A stretch of 64,000 nt of DNA, taken from Phoronis australis. Taxonomy: Eukaryota; Animalia; Phoronida. The DNA is taken from the NCBI GenBank assembly GCA_002633005.1, contig NMRA01000113.1, positions 134,797-198,796 on the forward strand, in the 5' to 3' direction. The first letter of the stretch is position 1; every line of letters begins with the position of its first letter. The position numbers and the translations under genes were made by a program. The notes beneath the pieces are model-generated. The model was not told where the DNA came from and did not search any database. It saw only the letters and a list, made by a program, of their open reading frames with translations. This document shows positions 53,101-64,000 of this stretch, piece by piece.

Positions 53101-54908
53101 GTTCATTCACCAAGAGCACAAGCTGAGCAGGGTCTGTCTCCACCAAGCTAATCTACATGCAGACTAATCATCCCACGGTGTGAGTTACAGTATTTATGAC
53201 ATGCTCACAATCACAGCCATATAAGCTTCAACATGAACCAAACAGAAAGAAATATTGATAGTAATTACTGTCATAACTTGACTGCTAATTGATACTTGTT
53301 TTTCACTGCCTCGGTCTCTTGATTATGCAATAAAAGTCACCAGGTTTTTTACTCCATCTCCTTTATCCCCGAAACTACTTGTCAATTTCCACAATGTCAA
53401 AAATTAAATGAAAATGTGAAAATGTGTCCTGTTTACCATGGTAACTTAATATTGGTCCTCACTGGCACAATTAATCATCACAACAGCCACATCACCACTT
53501 TAACATTCCTCAAATTTAACTGAAAACTATTAATTCCTAACTACTGCTTGACTGAAGGTATTGCACCCTAACCTGCAATTTCATAACAAGGATACGGCAA
53601 AACTGTCTTCAAATCAGAACACAATATGGCACAACACGAGAAAAATATAAGACAATTTTACTTGATTATCTGAAAACCTTATACAATAAAGATGTCATCA
53701 ACAAACACACAATGAAATTTTGACAAATTTTGGCAATACAGTGAGTGAAAACTGAAAAATTTTGATAATTTTGGCCATTATTTTTGCTTGAATTTGATTA
53801 AACTTTACAAAATATTTAATGATATGTGCTGGAAAAGCCCAACACAGTAATGAGTGAGAAAAGCAATGAAGTCATCTTCACTATTTTATCGAAACTAAAA
53901 TACCATTTTGTTTTTATGTAATACAACTTTAGAATTTCTTCGCAAAAATCATAAAATTAATATAGCATTGCATGCTGCAGTGGAACTTTCAAACACAATG
54001 CCTCACAGTGTTATGGAGAACAGCAAATAGAAGCATGGTGCGTGAAAGTTTCATATTCTGAGATGTCACGTTCAGAAGTTACACATATAAGGTCATTTTT
54101 CTAGGATCCTACAAAACTTAATTGAAGGTTGAGAAGTCCGCCTTCCCTAGGTGGAATGTCTGCAGTGAGGCACTAATTGAGCTACAGCAGGCCATAGAAC
54201 CAGTTTTGAGTGATATCAGTGAATCATGTTTTAGTAACTATGAACTACGGCTGCTCTTAATTCACTCCGCTAGTTTACCAGGGTCCACCAATTTAAATGA
54301 TTTCCAGCGTACAATCCAATCAAATATCTCAGCCAGTTGACCAACCGGAACCAGTGCAGTGAATCAAAGAAGCTAATATATCAATGTGTACCTTCTGTTA
54401 CGAAGAGCATACATGTCCATTAACACAACAAGGAAGAGAATTAACCAGAAACACTTAGGTGTTGTGAAACAAAATAATTCATTACTGACAAAATTAGAGC
54501 AAACTGCAGTAAATCATGTTGGGAGGCAGAGCCATCTATTGAAAAAGTAACCATCAACAATAACAGAAAAATCATGCACTGTAAGGTGCATGCAATCTTA
54601 AACATCTATGCTGAAGTGCCCAGGTAACAACCATTTAGCCCAGGAGAAACTGCCACTCTGGAAGTATATTAGGTAAGATGTTAAAAACAGGGCCTCTATC
54701 TGAGAGAAACAAACCCATCATTACCAATACAAAAAAACAAATTGGGGGCATGTTACCAAGAAATATGATAGGGTATAAAGCTTTCAAAGTTTAAATGGCT
54801 TATTGAAGACGACTGTTTGGAGCAGAATTTGGCTGGAGAAAATATCCAAAACGAGGTGTAAATTATGACTGATCTCGTTTTCCCTTGTACTGTTAACTGT
54901 AATAATTA

Positions 54909-55122
54909 CCGTAAACTCATGGGTTAACGGCCATGCCCGGGTAATCACCCATCCCCGACTATTGGTCAATTTTCGATTTAAGCTCCCATTGCTTGGGTAG
55001 TCGCCCATCCCCTACTTTGTGCTAATTTCCACGTAAGTGCCCACCTCTCGGGTAATCGCCCATCCCCTTGTCTCAGAGTTTCCCAATTTAAGCGCCCGGG
55101 GCGTTAACCCGCGAGTTTATGG
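54909..55122. mobile_element. pogo/Tc1-mariner-type MITE
   Basis: TA target duplication and 21-bp imperfect TIRs (CCGTAAACTCATGGGTTAACG / CGTTAACCCGCGAGTTTATGG), with internal CGCCCATCCCC repeats. Confidence 0.8.
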
Positions 55123-55315
55123 TATATGTGCAAGACTCAAAAGGGTGGCCTAATACAAAAGCCCTACATTGCCCCAATCGCACAAAATTGAATCATGACT
55201 TGACCACAGGTCATAGATTACTCTTGATAATATTGCCACAGTAGTACCACTCACTTCTTAAAAAAGTATATTTGTAAAAAATCTAAAATTGTTATCATTT
55301 ACAAACACTACAAAT

Positions 55316-56168
55316 AAACAAGAACATTGAGATGCGCCTACCAATGCACAGGGGATGGTGCGCTTCTAAGGTTGTTTATTTGTATCATAAAAGTGGCCAC
55401 TATATGGTGTAGAAATGTCCAATCCATCCGAAAATGGGAACTTGCCATCACTTCTTTAATAGAGGGCTATTTACCAAATTGCATAAAAACCTGTCAACGA
55501 ACTTCAGAAAATTAACAAAGGAAAACGGAAAAAATGAAATTGCCACTAGGGGGCACAGCGTTGATTGGATCCACCTGAAAGTTGTCGTCGTCTGTTGTTA
55601 GCTTCATATAAATACACTTACTAAATTTAATAAAAATCCTGCAGTGGGTTTAGGAGATACAGCTATGGGCACAAAACAAAACTATTAATAGGAGGCACCA
55701 CAGTAGTCAAAGTCGTCATAGTCAAATGTTCTCTTAACACTGAGAACATATACGCCAATTTTCAAAATCATCCTTAGAATGGTTTGGTTGATAGAAAAAA
55801 AGACTTGAAAACAGCAAAAAAATGGCCACTAGGTGGCGCAAAATACCTCGATTCCATCCGAAAATGGGAGGATAGCGTCATCTCACCAATAGATGCCTGT
55901 ATTCCAAATTTTATGAAAATCCGTTGAGGACCTTTGAAGATACAGAGGTAAACGAAAAAATTAAATTGCCACTAGGGGGCACATCGGTAGTCGAATCTAT
56001 CTGAAAGTTCCCTCATGCCGTCCCATCCATGAAAGGAACAAATTTCATGAACATATGTCAAAGGATTTTGGAGATAGAGCAGCGGATGCTGGACGGATGC
56101 CAGACAGACGCCAGACGGACAGACAAACGGCATAATGCGTTCACATATAAATATGTGGGAGCATAAAA
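55316..56168 (-). mobile_element. Near-complete copy of the same HINE family
   Basis: Has the AAACAAGA...ATGCGCC end, five ~145-bp subunits, the GGAC/AGAC microsatellite and the terminal palindrome plus AAAAA. Confidence 0.8.
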
Positions 56169-56763
56169 ATTGGCCTTTCTACGCAACTGAAACAAGACTA
56201 ACCGTCTTGATATGGATTGTGGATCACGGGATATTGTTTTGTACAGTAATGAGTAGTTCTAAGATACGATGAATGTTTCTATCAGTAGTTATTGATTTTA
56301 ACAATTTGATAGCAAACATCTTATATACATTTTATCATAGCGAAAGCGCAATACCTTGAGTTAATCTGAAACTCTGAGAAAATTGGCCGAGCTGACAAAG
56401 ACAAAACACGACTTCTTTAATTTACGAATATTTTGCAACACTGCCTTCCTAGCAAAACTGCTCATTTCAAGTTGTCACTTTCAAGAACAACATTGTGAAA
56501 TTATGTTATAAAACATATACTTGTTGGCCAGATATAACTTTAATCCCATCCAAGAGCAGTTATGTTACCATTTTATGAATTTAAATTGAAATAAATTAAA
56601 GAAATTAAGTAGCGTATAAGAAATTTCCAAGTTTATACGTTTCCAGCAACATTCATAGTTAAGGCAATCAGGTTGCAAATCGCTAAGACACAAATCTAGG
56701 AGACCATTACTCATTACAGAAAGCTTATTAAATAACTCAACATTGATTAAAGAAACTACTTAC

Positions 56764-56773
56764 CTGACCCCAT
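56764..56773 (-). CDS. CAMKK2: Probable CaMKK start: coding end (ATG GGG TCA G) of a mostly untranslated exon 56764-56855
   Basis: Acceptor ttgtttcacag| at 56856 and consensus donor CAG|gtaagt. The ATG is in good context (ACAATGG) with an in-frame TAG upstream. It joins 46287 in frame to give MGSGSSGMC. Confidence 0.55.
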
Positions 56774-59700
56774 TGTGTAGTGTCGTTGACTGGACTTGAC
56801 GCAGAGATGTTTTCTCTGTCTTGTCTTCTAATTACATATTATCATGTGTGCGTATCTGTGAAACAACACGGCTTAGATCAATTACAAGAAAACCTATCAT
56901 GTGGTGATGACATAGTATTTCAACCATTGGTTACTTAAGCCGTTGATGTTCATCAAACACGGAGTTTGACATTTTTTACTTGCAACAACTTCAAATCGAA
57001 AACAACACGATCAACTATAAAGATTATGGTCAGGATGTGACAATAATGAGACTCTGCGTGTGTTTTACTGGAATTGGTATGGGAAATTATTTACAATCTG
57101 TTTACCAGGATTAAAAAGAATTCTTTGAAACTGTAGGATAAATTACATGTTAATTGATACCGGTAAATCAAATAGATGATGGAATGCCGTGCAGTTACCA
57201 ACGGATAAGAATGTACAATAGCAAAACTAGCAAAAATAAAAAGAGCATTGGTACTAAAATATATTAAAATATTCCCCACGTTTTGAGCGATGTGCTTTGT
57301 CAAGGGTGCGATTTTATTTATATGCATCTATTCAGCAGTCTGCATCATACCCTTAACAAAGAGCGCATCGCTTGAAAGGTGGGGAATATCTATTAGATAA
57401 AATGCATCGTACGCGCAAACTCCGTGTTCCCCGCTCCAGTCTACAGACCTTCGTTGCACCCGTTTCGGCACCGCCTTCGGGTCCCGGGTAGTACACCGGC
57501 CCTCTATTCACATTCCAGGTATTCTATTTTTTTCTAGCAGGCCGTTTTTTCACGGGTGCGGAGGGAGGGTGGCTAGTTTAGTAGCCTTGGTGACGTCAGT
57601 CCGTCGGCTCTGATCAACAGCCTGGGAGATGTCAGTCCGTCGGCTTAATTTCACTCCCTCTGGCTTCCGTCTCGTAAATATTCTTTTTTGGGTCTGTCGC
57701 CAACAAAATTAATGTCACTAAAAACTAAACTTTTCTTTGAGTAAAATTAATTACCGGTAGTTACCGATATTGGAAAAATTGGCATTCTACCGTTTTTGCT
57801 TCTAAAATGGTGGTGGGCTCTTTTGGGTCGGCTTTCGGCGCCACTGCATCACCTATTTTCCCCGATTCTTCAAACAATTGTTCTTCTCTTCCGGCCACGA
57901 GGTTGCGCACATGTCATAACAATCGGAACTGCATTTCAGTACCAGCAAACACAGTTTTCTGCGAAGCTATCATCATCTCCTGAGAGATATCGCAAAATTT
58001 CAGAAGGAAATGGCGCGTGCGTGTGTCATAAGCCCATTGTTTTCAAAATGACAACAGACTCTTTGTTACAAAAGGCGGAGAATTACGCAAAAATAATGTT
58101 TATTACATTTTTTTCACTTAAATGGCTGAAATGGGCCAGCTGAGTGTCGGTTGATTCCCAAAGATTCTGCGTACACCCCCGCCGGTTGTTCGCACTACAT
58201 GTTGACTGATACAAGTTTCACGACGAGGTGACGAGCTGAGCTACTGACCCGGATTGTGTGAAGTTTCAGTATCTATCGGAGCTCAAGACATAGCTACCTT
58301 AGCTGTACTATAGTCTTCATACCACTAGCTGGCTTTCAACCTTTATTGTACATTTATGATGGGACTTTGTAAATACATTGTATACTTTGTGTACAATGGC
58401 AGCATGTTTTAATGCTTCCTTAGTTTTCACTTTAAAGGCTGATTACCGTACATTATACGTTACGGCAAGGTCAAATGTTTGGTGAGAAAAATATTTTTAC
58501 AGCCTGGGGAAAGAATCCCGCAGCCCCACACCCTGCCTAGCTGACAGAAATTCTGGTTGAAGCTTTAAAATATTACAATCTCTTCAAGAAAGATCCGTCT
58601 CTTGCAATGAATGCTAATGTTCACTGGAAGGTGTAACTATTTCTCCTCGATCTGCATTTCCCATATACTACCTGCTACTATAAATATGTGGGCGCATAAA
58701 AATTGAGCTAGATCAATCCAAGAGGTAACCACATGAAACCAGTTGCAAAATATTCACCGCGAGCCCAAACCACGAATGAACACTGCCTGACAAATCTAGT
58801 GGTGGGTTAGCCACGCCAGACACGCCCAAGTACCTAGGTTGAGCTAGATCAACCCACCAGGTAACCGTTTGAAATCAATTTCAAGAAGTTCAGCACTTGG
58901 CACAACGGTAAGGTGCCAAACAATTTCAGCGGTGTGGTGCTCCCGTCAGACAAATTATAAAGAGTTGAAACAAAATTGGTTATAAGCCCATTCACGCTCA
59001 GCCTGAATAAGCATCACATTGAGGAACCAGGCACTGAGCCAGTGAGTCCGTACGACATAAGTCACCACACAAGGTGAGATTTTTGTCCGCAAGTTTACGT
59101 CAGGGCAGAAACATCGAGCCTGTGGTTGGAGCAACCTCACAAGCCAATGCGAAAACAGTGGAATACTCCGTATGATTAACTATTAAAAGCAAAAACCGAA
59201 AATCCGTCCGTGACGGATGGCACGTTGTGTTTGCACGAATTTTGATTTTTCGTTGTCCTATTTTACTAGCCTAAACAGCGTCCCCTGTCTTTGGACGAAT
59301 CATTTGATGCAACTGCTAAGACGAGGAATAATCCAAGTGCCGTCTTTTGCTGTCGTCTGCGTTGTGTATGCGTGCCAGCTTCCTTCATTTCACACAGTGA
59401 TTAATGTCAAATTTTGGAAAACTGATCAGTTTTGGACAATCTACATCTTTCTCATAACCCGAGCCCACAAAGAACTCCAGAGATGCGTCAAGACCAATGA
59501 CGTCAGTAGCTATATCAACAGTTTCCCCAACAATGCTAGATGTATTCTTTGCCCTGAACCGCCCAAACTACGCCAGATGTGGAACATTGTAGGAATAATC
59601 AGTCACTTTATTTAGATTGGCGATCATTTCATTTGCACGACACAGATATGCGGACAATGGAACTGCTCGCTTTTTCTCTTCATAATGAATATAAAACACG

Positions 59701-60109
59701 TTCAAATTAATTATTCATAGATGTTGTATATGGTGATCAGACATTGTGGCGAAAGCCCCGGGCATCCACATTGGGAGGTATCCAACCACTATGTATAATC
59801 CTGACTGATTTGCAGTTGAATCAAATAATGATTCTAGTTTATGTTTCACCTTTTTACTTATATTATTAATAGTTACAGCCAGGGGGATTCAGGGGTTCGA
59901 TCGAACCCCTCCTCCGCTGAAAAGGTCCAGCCCCAGCATATTCGTTAACATGTGGAGAATTTCTCGTTTACACTGGTGATGGTTCTGATTCCCTAAGCCC
60001 CAGACAACTTTTACCATGCCAATAGCGGATTTGCAGCGCAAACGAACTACGCATTGCGCATGTGCGAGTTACTTCCTGCGCGAAGGCTCATGGGATAGCT
60101 TGCGGTCAG

Positions 60110-61412
60110 TCATGTCTTGAGCAGGCTGGAAAGTGTGTGCATTTGGAGTGATTTGCAAACTAAAAACCATGTTTCATTTTTTGGCTTTATAATACCAAGC
60201 AAGTCCTCTCTCTCGTGTGTAAACACAGCGTAGCTATGATCGGTGACCGTGTGACCGAGGGCACGACTGTCGTCATGTTCAGTATTAGGGCTATCGGCGT
60301 TGATTTCGAAATCTCCTCCGGTTTCAGACAAGTTGAGAGTTCTTGGGTTGCTTAACTTTTGTAGCTTTCACCACTGTGGATATGCTAGAGACGTTAATTT
60401 TAAGAGGACACTCCGTCGGAATGTTGTTCTCATACGTCTTTCTTCCACCAAGAAAATGTTCGCTGCACACACAATGGCCCCTAGGCAATTACATCGCACT
60501 GGATACCGCAGGCATTCAGGGGTGATAGTACATCCTCACAAAAAGTTACTCGTTTCAAAATACAGCAAATAAAATCAAATGAACATACATATAGGAACAT
60601 GGAGTTATAATTAACACATACCACAACTCTGGATACAATTTAGTCAACAAAACTTGAACAAATCGATGAAAATCTGTCGCGGTTTGCTTGAGTTTCTCTC
60701 AGTTACCGGGTGCCATTTTGAGGAAGTTACGTGAAATTACGCATGTTGACGAATAAAAAGTCCAAGGGACACGAATCTTACAAGTTTCACCCGATACCTT
60801 CTCATGCTATTTTACAAGTGTCGCACGCTAGCGTCAAGCGCTTCGCTCAGTCTCGCACTAACCTTTGCCTAACTCACGTGATTCAGTTGACATGCTTTGT
60901 GGTTATCGCGCACGCGGTGATAAAATTAACGGCAACCAAAAAAGTGGAGTTGTAATTCTTCGCCAAAGTCAACTTAATTCTCACAACTAAGCTTCATCAA
61001 AGAAATGTATAGAAGTAGAAAGGACCAATGAGGAAAGTAAGCGTTTGTTTAAATGAGTTTTAAGTGTAGAATGTATTTTTGACGAGGTGAAAACTCGAAA
61101 TCGGTAACCCAAATCCGGTCACGTTTCAAATACATTAAAGTAACGAAATGAGTACAGAAAGCGAATAGAAGTATTGTAGCCCCTACATGGCCAACCGAGG
61201 GGCTACGTGTTGCCTACTAGATGGCCCCACGTTGGTTTGACTGCGCTAAATCTCCCCTTGCTCCCAGCTCTTCTAATGTTGTTTATCCATTTTTCACGAA
61301 GTTCTTGGTTTGCAGGGAACACATAAAAACTCAGATTTTTATCTCTCTTGTTGTTTTTGAAGCAGCCAGGAACACAACAAGTGTATCCGCCGTAAGTTTT
61401 CTTCGCGCTCAT
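60110..61412 (-). pseudogene. THAP zinc-finger ORF split by an insertion
   Basis: 61221-61412 encodes MSAKKTYGGYTCCVPGC...LSFYVFP...REKWINNIRR...PTWGH. From 60473 downward it continues CVCSEHFLGGRKTYENNIPT in the same frame once the insertion is removed. A DHSY motif follows after a frameshift. Confidence 0.85.
60482..61220. mobile_element. Non-coding insertion with an 8-bp target-site duplication
   Basis: ATGGCCCC at 60474-60481 and 61221-61228. Ends are TAGGCAA... and ...TTGCCTACTAG. Confidence 0.8.
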
Positions 61413-62269
61413 ACCGCGTATTATGCTTGTTACTATGGCCGCTTTCGGAATCCTGACCACAGCACCCACGATGCACCATTTTAACCTAATTTCAATATGG
61501 CGTGGCTGCAAATCCGCTATTCAGCACGCCCTTTGTATTGAAGTAGATCAGCGCTAATGAAGTGGAAAGGTAATTTCTAGCATTACTGTCTCAACAATGT
61601 TTGTTATTAGTACCACCAATTTGGTTTTCTCTGACATTTGCAGAGTTATAGCCTGCAACTCTGGAGAGCAGTTTTAACTTGGTACATTATAAATATTACA
61701 AAATGACTAAAAAGGTTAACTTGAACGTGTTTATCTTCACAAAGGGCCACTTCCCAAAGGAACGAAAAGTTTCGTATTGCTTTTCTTTATTTAATTTTTA
61801 ATGCTTCTGCATACTTGTTTTTTTTACTAGGAACGGGTTGATAAATTTTTGAACTTGAAGTACCAAAGCAGTGGTAGATTTTGATCGCCAGCTAAACTTA
61901 ATTAGTTAAGTTCATTGTGAGCATCTTCCTTCTGGTATTACAAATTCCGTCTCATCTCATGAACATAGAGCTGATAGTCATCGTTGTGCATACAGGTTTC
62001 CTTTCCCCCTAATTGAGCTGCATCAAAGGCCAAAAAGTCTACAGTGTCGACGTTTTCAAAATATCAAAGGTCCACCGTTCTTAAAATTCGAACCACCCCC
62101 TGCTCAATGCTGGCTACGGGCCTGAATAGAATATATGCATTTGAGTTGAGAGATTGAGAGAGGCGTCCAATAAGAAGTCGCCCCTGCATCGACCAAATCT
62201 CTGCATGCTACTGCCCCACGGCTGAAAATGTCTGTTAAGTACCTTTTGTTGCATGCAGAATGTTGCTCG

Positions 62270-63105
62270 ACATTATGCAAACTGTTTCAAACGGTTACCT
62301 GGCTGATAAATGTGGCCCCACTCAGATATTCATTCGTGTGTGACTGGGCTAACCCACCTCTAGACGAGTCTCGCATTGTTTATTCGTAGAATATTTTCCA
62401 ACTGGTTTCATGCAGTTACCTCTTGGGTTGATTTACCTCAAATTTTAGCCCTTTCTTTAGTCATCTAGCAGGGGCACCAAGTTATGCCATGTGCAGTGCT
62501 GCTGAGCATCATAAAATTGGTTTCAAGCAGTTACCTAGTGGGTTGATCTAGCTCAACTCAGGTATTTGGGCGTGTCTGGTGGGGCTAACCCACCACTAGA
62601 TTTGTCTGGCAGTGTTTATATTCGTGATACCTGGGCTTAGGCTGAATATTTTGCAACTGGTTGATCTAGCTCAATTTTTAACCCTTTTTGATAATCGTCT
62701 GGTAACGACACCCCACCACTGAAATTGTCTGGCATCTAACTGTTGTGCCATGTACTGTGATGCTGAACATCGTGCAATTAGGTTTCAAACAGTTACCTGG
62801 TGGGTTCATCTAGCTCAACTCAGGCTTTTGGGTGTGTCTGGCGGGGCTAACCCACCACTAGATTTGTCTGGCAGTGTTCATTCGTGATACCCTTGCTCAC
62901 AGTGAATATTTCGCAACTGGTTTCATGTGGTTACCTCTTGAATTGATCTAGCTCAATTTTTTTACCTTGTTTATAACTGTCTGGCTGATACTCCCCACCA
63001 CTAAAATTGTCTGGCAGTGACCAATTTTGATACAGTGGATTAGGTAGTAGGTATCGAAGGCAGTTTGAAGTGGTTACCAGAAAAGTTGATCTAGCTCAAT
63101 TTTTG
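62270..63105. repeat. Diverged tandem repeat (~135-bp subunits) with an inverted copy at 58702-58955
   Basis: Recurrent GTTACCT..TGGGTTGATCTAGCTCAA and CCCACCACTAGATTTGTCTGGCAGTG. 58702-58875 is the reverse complement of ~62780-62960. Confidence 0.75.
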
Positions 63106-63469
63106 AGTGCCATTCTTTTGGCTCCCCTGACCACATCCACCAGAGCAAACCTGCCAGACGGCCATGTCCAAGCATGAGGATACCCATAGACCACTGTGGT
63201 ACCAAAGGAAATTGGTTACCTTTTCATGCCCAAAAAAGCTCTGGGATCCCGGTCTAATTGCTTAGTAAAGTAATGTATTTGATTGGCATGGATGCTGGGT
63301 ACACCTCTGTGTTGAAATTGAAGAGAACTCCTTGAAAAACGTAGGAGAAATAACATTTTGAACCTTAGATGACCTTTGCACTGATTGACCCTATTCAGTG
63401 CATTAGCATAACTATTGAAAAGTCTGAGAAAAGTGTGTTTAATGCTCAGAATCACAGTTGTCTAACTGT

Positions 63470-63978
63470 TGACACATCAGAATGATTGGTGAGTGAAAAG
63501 GTCAAAATTTCAGAAAAAAAATGCATGACCCATGGTTACACCAAATGGCCTGAAACTTTGGATTTGGAATTTAACTACATGTACCAACCAGATTTGTGAA
63601 TTTGAAGTGTCTAGCTCAAAATCTTAGTTTGCACCCCATGACTCTTGACCTGTTCAATCTGATTGGATGACCCCATAACTTAGAAAAGTAATTGTCTTGT
63701 TGACTTACACCTGTTCACCGAATTTGAAACTGAAGGAGTAGCATTTTGAAAATTATATGACCTTTGCACCAAATAACCTCTTCCGGTCCATCATGGAACA
63801 TGATTATATAATGAATCAAAATTTATATACTGCTAAATATCATAAATTAAATGTAAAGAACATACCTGTATTCATTTTGGACTTATTAAGCATGAAAGTT
63901 GGTCGAAGAATAAGAATAAGAATAAAATTGAAAACCCAGGAACAACAGTACTCTGCGCTAATACATGCGCAGAGTAAT
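63470..63978 (-). mobile_element. Further HINE-like element
   Basis: Degenerate TGACC/AAATTTG subunits, an (AAGAAT)n microsatellite and the terminal palindrome TACTCTGCGC-TAATACAT-GCGCAGAGTA. Confidence 0.5.
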
Positions 63979-64000
63979 GAATTATTTTCTTTCAAGATGT

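Larger units (their letters stand above)
60024..61518 (-). mobile_element. Internally deleted THAP-encoding DNA transposon (PHIS group, ISL2EU-like)
   Basis: Perfect 14-bp TIRs (AGCGGATTTGCAGC / GCTGCAAATCCGCT) flanked by AT on both sides. It contains a THAP ORF and no DDE domain is visible. Confidence 0.75.

Noticed and set aside
60110-61511. Functional host THAP gene with an intron
   Set aside because: The interruption has an 8-bp TSD and no GT-AG ends, the ORF frameshifts downstream, and it lies between transposon TIRs.

Overview
AT-rich metazoan (probably marine invertebrate) genomic DNA with two assembly gaps (45061-45411, 51304-51369). The window is mostly introns of one minus-strand gene, a Ca2+/calmodulin-dependent protein kinase kinase (CAMKK2-like). 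Four exons covering the N-terminal region and the start of the kinase domain are clear (8125-8770, 7587-7640, 2388-2439, 1-145). Two distant phase-compatible exons (56764-56855, 46173-46287) would give it a start MGSGSSGMC, an N-myristoylation-type sequence. The introns are full of mobile DNA: Helentron-type non-autonomous elements (HINE/DINE-1 architecture), MITEs, Penelope-like and LINE remnants, and a THAP-encoding TIR element split by a nested insertion. The most striking signal is a HINE family whose internal ~450-bp higher-order tandem repeat carries a CTCF-type motif (CCACTAGRKGGCRC) every 144-161 bp, all in one orientation, with over 20 such motifs in this window. A minimal hammerhead-ribozyme core lies in an inverted Penelope-like terminal repeat at ~52.6 kb. 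Everything was read by eye; no database searches were run.
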